Below, in pieces: positions 23,422 to 36,494 of a DNA stretch of 64,000 nucleotides. Within the stretch, counting starts at the first letter, position 1, and each line of letters starts with the position of its first letter. This stretch comes from Psammoneis japonica. Its lineage: Eukaryota. The DNA lies in contig QPGO01000120.1 in the NCBI GenBank assembly GCA_008632985.1, positions 1-64,000 of the forward strand, written 5' to 3'. The notes below the pieces were generated by a model. The model saw nothing but the letters and a program-made list of their open reading frames with translations. It was not told the origin of the DNA and ran no database searches. The translations under genes were made by a program, and so were the position numbers.

Positions 23422-24823
23422 ATGCCTACGACCAAAAGGCACCAACGGCTGCTACCGGTACTTGTATTTCTCCTGTTTTCATTGTTTTTCATACTAATGG
23501 AATCCGCACATGCAGTTGAGGAGTGCAACAACAACACCAATGTCGACGAAACGAGAACTTGTTTGGCGGAAACTCGTGATAATTTACAAGAGAGTGCTGA
23601 TGAAGATGATTCAAAACAAGAAAAACGTTCGCTTTTCAGTGAAATACAATCGATGCTTGCAGTGTCTTATCTGATTCAAGATTTTGCCCTCTTCAACAAT
23701 TGGAGCAACCTTGTCGATGGGAAGAATACACTTGACGATCCTGATTTCTTTCGTACAACTCCAAGAACGGCATCGGAAACATTGGAGTGGCTCAAACGCA
23801 ACATGGACCGGTTGAAAAAATCCAGATGGAAATCGCTTTACAAATACGATCCCGAATTTGATTTGGAAATTTTACAGCACCTTGTCAATCAAAACTCCAA
23901 TGCAAAAGAAGAAGCAACGTATGAAGTGCTGGACGACCAGTTTGGATTTCACGGACGAAAATCGAGGCCAGTCTATGGGATGGCAAGGAATCCTGCACAA
24001 AAGCGAATAACCATTGCCTTTCGGGGAAGCATCAACATGAGAGATTGGGAACAAGATTTCAAGGCCCATGAACGAGACATTCCCTATACGCCCGAGGAGT
24101 TGGCGGTCATTCCCAATCCTACGGACGCGCTGAATGATTTTGACAATGTCACCGTGTGAGTCTCACATACACACGGAGAAAATCTGTCGTCCATAATGTG
24201 CTTTGTTCTTGCAGATTGCCCGTCATACAATTATGTCGCTCATTTATTGTTTGTTCAAATAACATCACAGTCACTATGGCTTTTACCAGTATTTGTTTGA
24301 ACCGGAAGGCGACAACAAAGAGATCAAGTACGTCAAAATTATTCATGAGATTTTGACGCGTCTCGAGGATCCAAGATACGAGGGGTATTCTCTTTATTTT
24401 GCAGGTCACAGTTTAGGAGGTGCCATGGCTACCATGGCAGCAACTGCCACGGCAATGAGCAACAATATTGATAAGAAGATTCATCTCATTACATTTGCGT
24501 CACCTCATGTTGGCAAGGCGGGATTTGCAGACGTCTTCGGCAAGCTACAAGAAATGGGAAGAGTTACTCACTTGAGGATTACCAACAATGATGATGTAGT
24601 GCCACAGGGAATGGAAGTTCTAGACTATGTCCATGTCGGTGTTCATGTGGAACTTGGTCCCAAACACCCCAAACTACTGACAATGCTCAAGTTGGTTTTT
24701 GGGAACCCCTCCCACAAATTACAGGAACACAAAAGGCGTCTCGACAAGTACAAGAAAGAGCTGGAACGTTACACGTTAGATTCATTCTTGGAAAAAGGCA
24801 CCAATTTGCGGCTCTCAAACTAG
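23422..24823 (+). CDS. Secreted class-3 lipase, two exons (intron 24156-24270)
   Basis: Signal peptide, IAFRGS, GHSLGG, TFASP, NDDVVP. The GTGAGT...ACAG intron splices in frame to restore VHYGF. Confidence 0.92.
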
Positions 24824-24899
24824 CCGAGTGATCAACAGAAAGTGACGCTAAACTGCGCTTACTACAAAATACTTCATTGCTAACCATAATTGTGCTTGG

Positions 24900-26270
24900 C
24901 GATCACGAGCAAGTGCGCCATCACTCTCTGTCCCTAACTTTTGAAAATGTCTCCAAACCATTCATTGCTTTGACAAGCTCCTCGATGTTGGCAGAGCACC
25001 TGTCTCTCCCAGGTGTGTCCAAAGCTCGAGTGGGGGACAATGCCAGTTGTTTCGATTCCAGCAAAGCACAGACAATCTGACACATTTTATTGTGAGACAT
25101 GTTTGAGCATTCTAGTTCCATGTGTGCATTGCTCGACTCTTTCGTCCATTTTTTTCTGAATTTGAGCTCCACTTGAGAATTGTCCTTGTCATCTTGTGAA
25201 CATGAGCTCCAAATGATCCCATCTTTAAGAACCTTCTTTGCAATGTTGCTGATTGAGAGTCTCGCCATCTCTCATCTCCCCCCCCCCCCCCGGCAATGGC
25301 CGATGCTCAAAATGGACTGTGAGGATGGACTGAGAGCTCTTGTTCATGTGACAAATGCCGCCTTTGCCACTGAGCATGAAGTTTTGAGATTTGATGACTG
25401 CCTTGGCATTGCTGATGACAAAGTTGTCCAAGAAATTGAGAGCAGATTGACTTTGCACCGCAGTGCCAGAGAGAGAGCCCTTGTCTCAAAGATCCCCGGA
25501 CTTAGAAGAACAGCTGGCAGTGCCAACAAGCAAGCAAGAAAGCTCACATTGTGGCCAAGCTTTGCACACTGGGCAACTCTTTTAGCGGGGTTGATGATGT
25601 GGTGCAGGCTGGGACAATCCCAAAAACAGCTTTTGCACTTCTGGTTTCAAGGGCTCACTGTGACATGGCAACTTTGGCATGATGGCTGCTTTGGCTGACA
25701 TTCAGTGAAACAAAAGAGTCTCCAACCACCGCGTGCATCAGCAGCACAAAGGTTCTAACTGCCACAAGTGCCAGCAGTCCAAAAGCTCCAAATGCTGGCA
25801 GTGCAACAAAGGCTCCCAACAGGAATCATTGGGGCTCTCTGAGTCATTGTGTGGAAATTGTGCAGAACAACACCATGAGCACCAAGAACAACTGTCATCA
25901 GTCTGTCTGTCCATCCACACCTGAGTGTCAACTTCTTGGAAAATCAATTGAAATGTTGTCTGATCAAAGGCATTGCTCTTCGCCATCTGAGTCATCAAAT
26001 TGCCTTTGATCAGATGACATTTCAGTGGAGTTTCCTGCAAAGTTGTCAGCTCCAGCCACTGTCCAGTGTGACATCATGTGCGTTTCCACACAATTTTGCA
26101 TTTTTCCTCTTGCAAGTGCCAACTGTGATTGATGCAACATTTTTGAATGATCACTCAAAAGATCCACTTCAGTCGCGGTGCACAAAGAAAGCATCAGCCG
26201 ATTGCATGCTGACAGAAGCCTGTTGTGTTCCATGCACTGAAAGGTGTCAAGAGATTTGCTTGACTGTCGG
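24900..26270. mobile_element. Degenerate repeat relic, partly homologous to the 8205-10930 relic
   Basis: TpA/CpG-depleted; gactgccttggcattgctga..caagaaattg shared (inverted) with about 10160-10215. Confidence 0.5.
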
Positions 26271-26278
26271 TGGTTCAA

Positions 26279-26765
26279 GGATGGATCTACGTGCTGCGGT
26301 CTAATTTAAAACAGCTCGTGTTTCCCGCACTTCACCGTGTCATTTGGACCTGCCTCGGAACACCCCGAACACTCATGCTTTCGTCAAACCCTCATGGGGG
26401 CTGTCAGACGGCTACAAGAGCTGCACATTCAGCGCTTCAAATGCCACTCCCTGTTGTCAGGTTGAAAAAACCGCCAATTTTTGCCAAAATCGTGCTTCTT
26501 GTGGGAGATTGGTGGCAACTTTCCGGGAAATGCCGACAAGTGGCATTTGACTGGCTGCAGACATGTCTTCAGTCGTTGAGGTAAAAGTCGCGCATGGTCA
26601 CACCCGTCGTTTGAGCATTCTGGGGTGTCTGGCAAACGGACAAAGTTCGACCGATCGCTGAAACTTTTTTTTGCGAACGCACGCGCATTTGCTGTGATGC
26701 ATCCGGGTTGTTTTTATGAAAATTACGAGCTCCCAAAAAACAGACCGCAGCACGTAGATCCATCC
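26279..26765. mobile_element. MITE with perfect 24-bp TIRs
   Basis: GGATGGATCTACGTGCTGCGGTCT ... AGACCGCAGCACGTAGATCCATCC; TCAA on both flanks. Confidence 0.88.
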
Positions 26766-27714
26766 TCAACCGCGTGCACGCACGCCTTGATTGAGCGAAC
26801 ACACATGCAGCAACAGTGTCACGCACAAATGCCAACGCGGCGGCAACAAGCGGCAGTGCCGGATTTGATGGCGGCTCCCGGCTCCCTCCAACATTGAGCT
26901 TAATCAAGCAAATTGCAATTGCCAACATTGAGCTCAATGAGCCATCAGCCAATCTGGAACTGCCAAGTGCATGCAATGGAATGAGGCTTCACTTCTTCAT
27001 CCGCGTCATTTGAGTGATGATGAGCATGAAGGAATTCTGGATGCCATCCAACAGCGGGAGGCAATGGATTGTTTTGAGGACTGTTTAGACGAGGTGGAGG
27101 AACAAGACATCGAAGCTGGTGAGTGGGGGGGAGAGAATGACGACATGGAAGACACTGTGGAGGATGATGAGAGTGTGGCAGGGGACAGTGACAGCGACAA
27201 TTCGGACAAATGAAATGGCAATGGGAAAAGGAACGAACACTGTGATTGTCATTTTACATTGTGCAACCAGATCAACCATCCAACACAAAAGCTTTCCTTT
27301 TTGCACACAACTTCTGCTGCACTGCCCCAGGAAGTTCGAACTGGTGCGCCATGAACACCACTTGTTGCAGACGCTTTTTTGCCACGCATTTCACCTCATG
27401 TTCCTCATTCCCAAGACACCAATTGAAACACTTGACGTCCTTTGCTGGCAATGCAAAAGGGTGGTTGGAATCAAAGATCCATCCACGGTGCAAGGCAATG
27501 CAGTGGTTGTTCACAAGACGGCACAAAGTCATGAAGTCATCATTGCAGGTCGTCACGTCAAATTCACCACCTGCTGCAAGGGAAATCGTTTGATGCACAC
27601 TGCCGCAAAACTTCATGTTTGAGTTCTCAGGCAGGAATTTTCCCTTCAAACAACTGTTCAACATGTTCTTTGCAAACAACGTGCGCTTGTTGTCAGCGTC
27701 AGCACAGCTGGCAG

Positions 27715-28109
27715 GACGCGTTCCAGCCCTAGGTGGGAGCTCGTAGTACTGACGTGTGACACAAATAATTTTTATCATCCGTGGTATGTTTTGCACGTAC
27801 ATTTCTACGTGTGATATTTAAAAAAATTGTCCAGACTCGCTGTTTTGCGAAGCCCCAGACGTTTTATATAACAAATTTATAGAAACAATAATGCGCCAGT
27901 TACATTCTTCAATGTCTGAAGAATGTAACTGGCTAAGTAAAAAATGATGTACTTCAATCATGTGCGAGTTTGTGCGTTCGCAAAATTGCCTCATTTTCTG
28001 TTGGCGATCATTGACATTTCAATTACCGTATAATTTTACTCCGGAGCTCGCACGTAGAAGTCTACGGGCCCAATGTCACACGGATTCCCACCTACGTCTG
28101 GAACGCGTC
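27715..28109. mobile_element. MITE (GACGCGTTCCAG TIR family), inverted relative to 21600-21989
   Basis: TIRs GACGCGTTCCAG / CTGGAACGCGTC with CAG on both flanks. 28037-28109 is the near reverse complement of 21600-21672. Confidence 0.88.
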
Positions 28110-28183
28110 CAGCGCCGGATTTGATGGCGGCTCCCGGCTCCCTCCATTCTGTTCACTTCCTTTCACAAAGCATCACTTTAGAC

Positions 28184-29043
28184 ATGGATTTAGACCAAGC
28201 ATTGGAAACAAGCGTGTTGGATCAAAGGGGCAGCACAGAAGATGTTCGACGTGCACTTTTGCACGGCGCCGAAGCATGTTTGTGAACGGCACGGGTGATG
28301 ATGTTCCAGCCCCCATCCTTTTTTTTGTTGTTGTTCCGCGTGGCACAACCGATCGCGATGCAAAAGCTCAACTCTTGCTGGATGCCGGAGCACGTGTGAT
28401 GGATCAGCCACATGGACTGGCGCCCTTGCACGGTGCAGCGGTCAATGACAAAGCTGACCGCAATGGTTTGACGCCCTTGCACATGGCTTCAATGCATGGT
28501 CATGATGATTTGTGTTTGTTTCTGCTGCAAAATGGTGCCGATGTAGATTTGAAGTCAACCACCTTGGGTGCAACAGCTCTTCATTGTGCTTCAAGTGCCA
28601 GAAGCGAAAACGCAGCACGAGTTCTCTTGGAGGATGGAGGAGTGGGAGTCAATGAGATTGACAGAAAGGGGCTTGCGCCTTTGCATCATGCAGCAGGCAT
28701 GTCAGGTGGTGAAAGCATTGCGAGACTCCTGTTGGTTCACGGTGCTGACATGGGTGCCGCAGATGTAGATGGAGAAACACCATTGGACGATGCTTTCGAG
28801 CGTGGCCATCAAGCTGCAGTCTCGGTGTTGATGGAAGCGCGTGGGCAACAACTTTTGAAACAAGACAGCATTCATCCAGCTCTCTGGGCACATGTCTTGG
28901 CCAAAGTGGGAGGACGTGGCAGTGCAGACATGTCCAGAATGGGCGTTGTTTGCTCCTTGCTTTGCGAAAAGCCGGATCTGTCAAGCTGCAGGAACACCGG
29001 AAGAAAAAGAAAGCGACCTGATCGTTTTGCACCAGGGATGTGA
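28184..29043 (+). pseudogene. Ankyrin-repeat protein pseudogene
   Basis: GLTPLHMA, GATALHCA, GETPLD repeats; frameshift near 28275; no Tyr in 255 aa; ends in RKRKRP. Confidence 0.8.
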
Positions 29044-29518
29044 AACAAGTGCTGCAGCTTTGTTTTACAAAAACAAAAAACTTTGATTGCACACGTGACA
29101 TGTTTGCTGCGGCAGACATTCAAACCAGCTGTGCTTCTGCCATGCTGTTTGTTTTTTTGTTTGCTGCTTGCTCAATTTGCTCGACAGCATCCAACCACCA
29201 CACGCAAAACAGAGACCTCAAGGTGTGCCTGCCCTCGAAAACTTTGTGAGTTTCTTGGCTGGCACAGAAGAGGTTTCAGCATGCTGGGTTTTTCTGGTTT
29301 CTGGCAAGAAAATGACGTTGGGCCTTGTGTGGCTTCCGGTGTGATCGGCTTTGTCAGCCAATCGACAACAGTCGTTTTGCACTTTGTTCATTTTGCCAAT
29401 CCCATTGGTGTAAATGCACTCACCAGTCAAGGACGTGAGCCCTGTTTGCAGTGTGATTACACCTGGCAGCAAGTTTGTCCTCTCTTTACAGCGCATGATT
29501 TGGCAAGATTGTCGTCGC

Positions 29519-30425
29519 TCAGTCGACAATTTCGTTTGGAAAGTGTTCCGCCAACAAATGTTCATGACAGTCCGTGCTCCACACCAAGGTCAAGGCGGGT
29601 GCTGCATCCGTGTTGTCGCACTTGACAGTGCCAGTCATTGTCTTTTCATCCAGCATGCCTTGAAAAATCGAGTCACCACCATCGTGCACGATTTTGACCT
29701 GGTCGTCAACATCAATCAAAAAGGACCAAATTGGCATGGGCAGATGACGACTCTGATCGGGAAGAAGCAGCTTTGGTTCCACAACATTGCCGTCCAACTT
29801 TTCCATTTGAACAACAACCAGCAGTGGAGGACACGGTGCATCTCCATCACAGGCATCATCATCTGGGCAGCCATGCCAACGGCCTTGCATCTCGATGATT
29901 GTCTCTGGATCTCCTGTCACTGCTTTTTCCATGGCAAACTGAATCTCACGAGGAATGATCATCTTCTTGTCTGGCGGTTTGCAATGACCACAATCCAGAG
30001 AAATGCTTCTGTGCCATGTTGCTTCTACATTCAGGTCATTTTATTTCCAGCCACATCATCAAGCTTTCCAATGTGCACACCATTGATGGCATCAAAAAAG
30101 AAAGATGAATCTCGTTGGCATCTGGATCAAACCTTGTTGCCATGGCGGGGATGAATTGACTCCCTGGTCCAGACTGTGTGTGAAGACTTGTCCGAAAATG
30201 GGAGAGATGCTTGAAAAATGAGGTGCAACTCTAAAGTGAAAGTGCCTTTCCAGTGTCCCACAACAGGCTCCCATTCGTCCTCATGATCAGTGTCCTGCTG
30301 CAGGCTTCAGCCTTCTTGAAAGGAGCAGAAATCGCACAATGACTCTTTGTCAACACCACCCTGAGGATTGTTCCATGCACGATTGTGAGAGCAGCAGTGA
30401 CAACAAAGGCTCCCGCTTTCTTCAT
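29519..30425 (-). pseudogene. Mutated duplicate of the gene at 35568-36494
   Basis: Collinear homology (CDGDAPCPPLLVV.QMEKLDGNVVEPKL) with frameshifts and Y->C/H changes. Confidence 0.92.
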
Positions 30426-31799
30426 GGTGTTGGTCAGCAAAGACATTCTTCAGAACAACCAAGTGACTCCAACAAACAACAAGAGAGATGCCTCAAAAGA
30501 TCTGGTGGCTGCTTCTCTCCATGTGAATGCATTGCTGCACCGATGTGACAGTTGGGAATTCCATTGAACAGGAGAACTTGCTCAGGCAGGAATGAAAGCT
30601 GAAGGTGCATTGGTGCCTTCAGAGTGCGCGCCGTTGCATTGTGTCACAGCTGATGAAGCAAAAAGAAGTGACTGTCTCTCACAAAGCCAACCACCCCTCC
30701 CACAATGCCATCCGCTCAACTCTCAAGTCCCTGGGATTGACACTGTGATGAATGAGTTGAGTCTCGAGTCAAGTCACATTCGCGGTTTGTGGTTTGTGAC
30801 ATTTTGAGTTCACTTTGCCTTCAATCTTTGGTCATCAACACACAAAAGGAAGGGGCCAGCACATGCCATTGCGCAGAGTGCCCCAGCTGCTGCTGCTGCC
30901 ACAAGAAATGGCATTCCCATGGCAAGAAAACAGCTTGCATGCTCAACAATTTCGGCACTGCCCTTGACCTTCCCTGTCAATGTCTGACTGCTGCAGTGCC
31001 AGTTGTCATTGCCCTGGGAATCAATGGAGCCCTCCCATGAATCAAGACCAGCACACTGTCTGGCACTGAAGAAATGTTGCAAGAGATGCTGCTGGCATCA
31101 CTTCTGGCTCCAAAAGGATCTCTCTATGCCAGAAGTCTCTCCAGCTGCTGCAAGCCACACCAGCTCCAAACTTGATGCATGCACAGTTGGGAGCCATCTG
31201 CTTCTGCACCAACTGCACTGCTGTGGCACCTGCTTCTGTCTCTGGCCACTCTTCATCAAGCTGCTGCAATGTCAAAAGCACAGCCCTTTCACCCCATCCC
31301 TGAGAAAGCAAGAGCAGCTGCACACAAGAGAGCTGCAAACCAATCATCATCTGGGACTTGGGAGCAAGTGTTCCAATCTCACATTGTGCTGCCAACTTTG
31401 TTGGACCCCTTGAGAAGCTGGCTGCAATGCCAAAGCTCCAACAAATCACCAAGGGGCAGGAGCCCCTCAGCAACAATGTCAGTGCCTTCACTTCAGCCAA
31501 TTGTTGCACCCACCTTCAAGCAATCTTCAATCAAAAGAAGTGTCAAAATTTGCCAGTGGTGCAGGTGCTCACCACCATCATTGCAGAATGTGCCACATGC
31601 ATGGTCATGTCCATTTCATGCACAATGATGTTGCATGTGCTGCAATTCATTGACCAGATCTTGCCAACACTGTGCTCTGGTCTTTTGCTGTCATCATTCT
31701 GTTGCCTTGCCCAATGCAGTGCCCGACCCCTCCTCCATTGGATTCAGCTCCCAGGATGTCTTCAAAAAGACTCATTGGCTGCATTTTTGATTCAAGGAT

Positions 31800-34200
31800 T
31801 GTCATGTTTGGGGGTGTCCAATTCATGTGCTTGAAAAGAAAATTGCTGTTAGAAAGAAATTGCCAAGGTGGCAATCCCACAGCACCAGCCAACACCACAT
31901 CGTGTGTGTGGGATGGGTTTCAGCACTGAGCGTGCATCCTTGGTCCCACCAGTGCTCAGCCTTGACTCAAGCATGATCGCCCCACAATTTGATGTTGTTT
32001 TTGACAACTGGTTTGCTGCTGTTGGATTAAATCAAGATAATTTGCCAGCCATTGACACCCCAGAATGGTGGTCTCTCTTTGGAGACAGTGTGAGCCAATG
32101 CACTGTGGATGAGGAAGATCAACTGGAAGGCAGCATTGAAGCACATGATGAATGTCATCATTGTCTGTGTGAAGTCCAAGCTGCCACCAAGTCATGACTG
32201 CCCCCAGCTCTGCCAAACATGACTCCTCCAGCTGTCCAAGCCCCACCCTCTGTTCCTGTGGCTCCCTCAAGTGCTCCAGCAGCATCAATGGTGGTGCCTC
32301 CCACTCAGAACAACCCACTGGCGCCACCATCCCAGACTTGCCTCAGAGGGAGAGGGCCCAACCGTTGCCACCTGGTGTTGATGCCAGTCCTCAATGAGAG
32401 CCCCATTCATCCCAAAATTTATCTCCCAGAGACTCAGTCAAGTGAGGGAGCCTCTCTCACACTCCAACAGAGGGAGCAAACTCCTCCTGCTGCCTTCAGA
32501 CATTCTGCTCATGATCAAGTCCCTCCAAAGCATCACATGCACAATGGCACCCATGGACATGACCACTTGGCTCATTTTTCTGACCTTCTTTGTGTGCGCA
32601 CATTCAATCATGGCTGTCCCATCACCACAACTGCTTCTTTGGTGTGCAAGGCTGAGGACCTGAGACACCCTGTCCTGGGATGAGGCTATGCACAGCCCGG
32701 AATGCAAAAAATTGTTGCACTTGGCAGAAGAAGAAATTGTTGCCCTTGTCCAGCAAGGTGCTTGGACCAAAGTTCCGCTGTCTGAAGCCAAGACCAGGAT
32801 GCTCCCTGGCACCTGGGTGTTCCATCACAAGTGCTCCTCTCCATCTGGCAAGATCAAAAAATGCAAGGCTTGCTGCCACAATGGCAGGGATTTGCAAGAT
32901 GGCATTTTTGACACCTGTGCTCCTGTTGTGACTTGGAGTGTGGCTTGATTGTTCCTTGCATTCAGTGTCATCATGGGTTGGATCGACATGTTGGCAGATT
33001 TTCAGCCTGCATTTGTGCAACAAGCTGTGCTCACAAAGCAAGAGAGCCAGTCTGGATTCATTTGCCTCAAGGATGCAGGTCTTCTCTTGGCCCCAGGATT
33101 TGTCTGAAGCTCAACAAGAGTCCAAGTGGACTCTCTTCTGCCCCAAAGTTGTGGCACAAGCACTGCACTTGAGCTCTTTTGGATCTGAGATTCATCCAGA
33201 GCAAGTTTGATCCCCGTCTCCTGCTCCATCACAACTGCATGGTCTGTCTCTGTGTTGATGATTGTGGGGGGTCAGTGCAGCACATGGCTGTGAGTCTGCC
33301 ATTGACCAGGTTGTCAAAGGACTCAGCAAGAAGGCTTTGAATTGACTGAGGAAGGCAGCTTCGCTGAGTTCCGGGGTGTCAAGTTTGAGAAGTTGGATGA
33401 TGTCACTGTCAAACTGCAGCAGCATCGGTCAATTAAACAGATTCTTGATGCCACTGCCACTGGTGCACAAGAGATTGCAAGCCCAATGTTTTGTGGTGAC
33501 CCCAGCTCTTGGCAGTGATCCTGATGATGAGTCCATGGAGATGAGGCTTGGAGCTGTCCCTCCACCATTGGCATGCTTCTGTGTCTGTCCACCAATGCTT
33601 GCCCTGACATTGCTTTGGCTGTCAGCCAAGTTGTGCAGCTCAGTTGGCTCAGCTTCCAAGCAGCCTCATGCTGCTGCTGTCAAGACCCTGATCCATTGCG
33701 TCAAAAAGACTTGTGCCAACAGGATGTTCTTGTCTCCAAAGGGCACTCTGGACCTTGACTTGTGGGTGAGCACCAATTTTGCTGGTCTCTTCCATCAAGA
33801 GCTGGACTCCAATCTGAGCTCAGTTTGATCTCACACATGCCACCTTGTCGCCCTCAACAGAGGTGCCTTTTGGTCTGGAAGTCACAGCTCCAGATGGCTT
33901 TGTCCTGCTCCACCATTGAAGGCAAGTGTCAAGCTGCTTCCTGTGCCCTCAGAACCCTCTTGCTCTTGAAGAGGACATTGCAGCAGATTGCATTGACACT
34001 TGATGCTTGTTGCGACCTCACGACATGTTGATCTGTGCATTGCGAGCATTTGAGGATGACAACCCCGGTGCCTTTTTCCCTGCCAAGTGTTTCCTCATCA
34101 AGCGGCATTGGTTTTGGCCCCATGGTCATGAGTTTGATGTCATCAAGGTTGAGTCAGCAGATCAACTCATGGATTTTCTCTCCAAGCCTTTGACAAGAGA
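31800..34200 (+). mobile_element. Heavily degenerate Ty1/copia remnant (end of IN, RT, RNase H)
   Basis: Relic motifs LPGTWVF, GKIKKCKA, LNKSPSGLSSAPKLW, CVDD (33251), CPDIALAVSQ, WKSQLQ, DQLMDFLSKPL; many stops. Confidence 0.8.
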
Positions 34201-34962
34201 GCTCTCTTTCTTCTTGCCAACAGGAAAATGCTCAGGGTTGGTGAGCTGTCAGGCTCAGCATTTGTTTGTTTCTCAGCACATGTTGTGGCTCAGTCAAGAT
34301 GCAGGAGCTTTGCTCTGATCTTGTGCCAATTGTGTGAGCATCAGCTTGTCTCTGAGAATTTTGAACTTTGATGACCAAATCTGTGAAAGAGAAGAAGAGC
34401 AACGGATCATCTGTCCAGTGACCCATGTTGGATCACATTGCCAGAGCCCATGGCTCAGCAACAGTTGTGCCACAAATGTTGCAAGGCCCAACTTGGTTCT
34501 TGTTTGGCACAGGATTGATTGTCGAGAACTTGGCAACTCCCGTGGTGCAACAGGCAGCGTGGATTCTAACACTGTGACTTGTCCAATCACACTCACCAGA
34601 TTTTGGCCCAGACAGCTCATGGTTTATTTAGTCAGTTGTGTTTCTGTAAAAGAGTTTTGACTAAATGCCGCATTGCTGCTCGACAGTGCAGAGTCTCTGC
34701 TCACCCTCCTGTCTGAGGTGTCATCTTGGAGTGGACCTCCAAGTGGAGAGTTGGAAGACAAACGAAGCTGCCGGTACACGCACTCGCGAGCTTCGACTAT
34801 CGTAGCCGTTCCGTCCCTGTGCGTGGTCATTTGCGCTGCACAGCTGCACAGCGTCGATTTTTCGAGCTTTGAGCCGAGTGGAGTTGACGACGAGGGCGGC
34901 ACAGTTATTCTTTTCTACTTCTTCACCCCACGGAGAATCACTTCTCATTATTAAAGAGAGCC

Positions 34963-35175
34963 ATGGATTTCGATTTTCTGTTGCGACACAGCGTGTTGTT
35001 TGAAAGGGACACGGAACACGTTCGACATGCTCTGCAACACGGTGCCGATCCGAATGTGACTGTGACGACTGATGGTGCTCCGTCCCCCATCCTTTTTATT
35101 GCTCTTTGTACTGAGGGGATAGGGATTCGTTGTCATGCATCCACATCATCAGTACGCACAAAATTTTTGTTTTGA
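34963..35175 (+). pseudogene. Truncated ankyrin-protein fragment, paralog of the 5' end of 28184
   Basis: VRHALQHGADPN motif; nucleotide similarity to 28184-28330. Confidence 0.5.
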
Positions 35176-35567
35176 ATCGTCTTTTCGTCAATTGCTACTC
35201 TATTTGCTCGACACATCCGTCCACCACATGCAGATCCTTTTGTCTCCATTCCTGGGAGACCTCGAGTTGTGCCTGGCCACGAGGGCTTCGTGTATTCTTT
35301 GCTGGCACAAAAGAGGTTTTAGCAGGCGGGTTTTCTGGTGAGAAAATGAAGTTGGGCCTTGTGTGGCCTCCCGTAGCATGGTCGGGTTCGCCAACCAATC
35401 AACAATAGTTCTTCGAGTCGTTGTGTACATTATTAATGTCGTCAATCCTGTTGGCGAAAATGCATTTGCCAGTCAAGGAAGTGAGCTGTACCATTTACAA
35501 CATGGTTGCACGTAGTAAGTTTGACCTCTATTATTTACAGTGTATGATGCGGCTAGATTGTCGTTGC

Positions 35568-36494
35568 TCAGTTGACAGTTTCCTTTGTAGACTGTTCCGC
35601 CAACACATGCTTAGGATAATCCTTACTCCACACCAAGGTCAAGGCCGATGCAGCATCCGTATTGTCGTACTTGACAGTGCCAGTCATTGTCTTTTCATCC
35701 AGCGTGCCTTGAAAAATCGAGTCACTACCATCGTGCACGATTTTGACATTTCCTTCAACGTCAATCAAAAAGGACCGAATTGGCACGGGCAGACGACTCT
35801 GATCGGGAAGAAACAGCTTTGGTTCCACAACATTGCCATCTAGCTTTTCCATTTGAATCACAACCAACAGTGGAGGACACGGTGCATCTCCGTCGCAGTC
35901 GTCATCATCTAGGTAGCCGTGCCAATAGCCTTCCATCCCAACAATCGTCTCTGGATCTCCTGTCAAAACTTTTTCCGCGGCAAACTGAATCTCACGAGGA
36001 ACGCTCATCTCCTTGTTTGGCGGATCGTAACGATCGTAATCTAGAGACATGCTTCTGCCGTGTTGCTTCCACGTTCCGGTCATTTTATTTCTAGTAGCAT
36101 CATCAAGCTTTCCAATGTACACACCATCGATGGTATCAAAAAAGAAATGAATCTCGTTGGTGTCTGGATTGAACCTTGTCGCCGTGGCGGGGATGAATTG
36201 ACCTCCCTGGTCGAGACTGTACGTAAAGACTTGTCCAAAAACAGGCGAGACACGAAAAATGAGGCGCAACTCCAAACTGGGTGGCACACCCAGAGTGCCT
36301 TTCCAGTATCCAACAAGAGGTTCCCAGTCGTCCTCATGATCAGTGTCCTGCTCTAGGTTTTGCCCTTGTTGATTGGAGTAGAAATCGAAAAAGGACTCTT
36401 TATCAACGCCACCCTGAGGATTCTTCCACACGGTAGCGGCAGCGTAAAAGACTGCTAGAGCAGCAGCAATAACAAAGGCTCCCACTTTCTTCAT
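35568..36494 (-). CDS. Uncharacterised signal-anchored/secreted protein
   Basis: Intact ORF from MKKVGAFVIAAALAV with normal Tyr content; two W.G.L beta-rich modules; conserved against its decayed duplicate. Confidence 0.75.
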   Translation of the reverse strand: MKKVGAFVIAAALAVFYAAATVWKNPQGGVDKESFFDFYSNQQGQNLEQDTDHEDDWEPLVGYWKGTLGVPPSLELRLIFRVSPVFGQVFTYSLDQGGQFIPATATRFNPDTNEIHFFFDTIDGVYIGKLDDATRNKMTGTWKQHGRSMSLDYDRYDPPNKEMSVPREIQFAAEKVLTGDPETIVGMEGYWHGYLDDDDCDGDAPCPPLLVVIQMEKLDGNVVEPKLFLPDQSRLPVPIRSFLIDVEGNVKIVHDGSDSIFQGTLDEKTMTGTVKYDNTDAASALTLVWSKDYPKHVLAEQSTKETVN

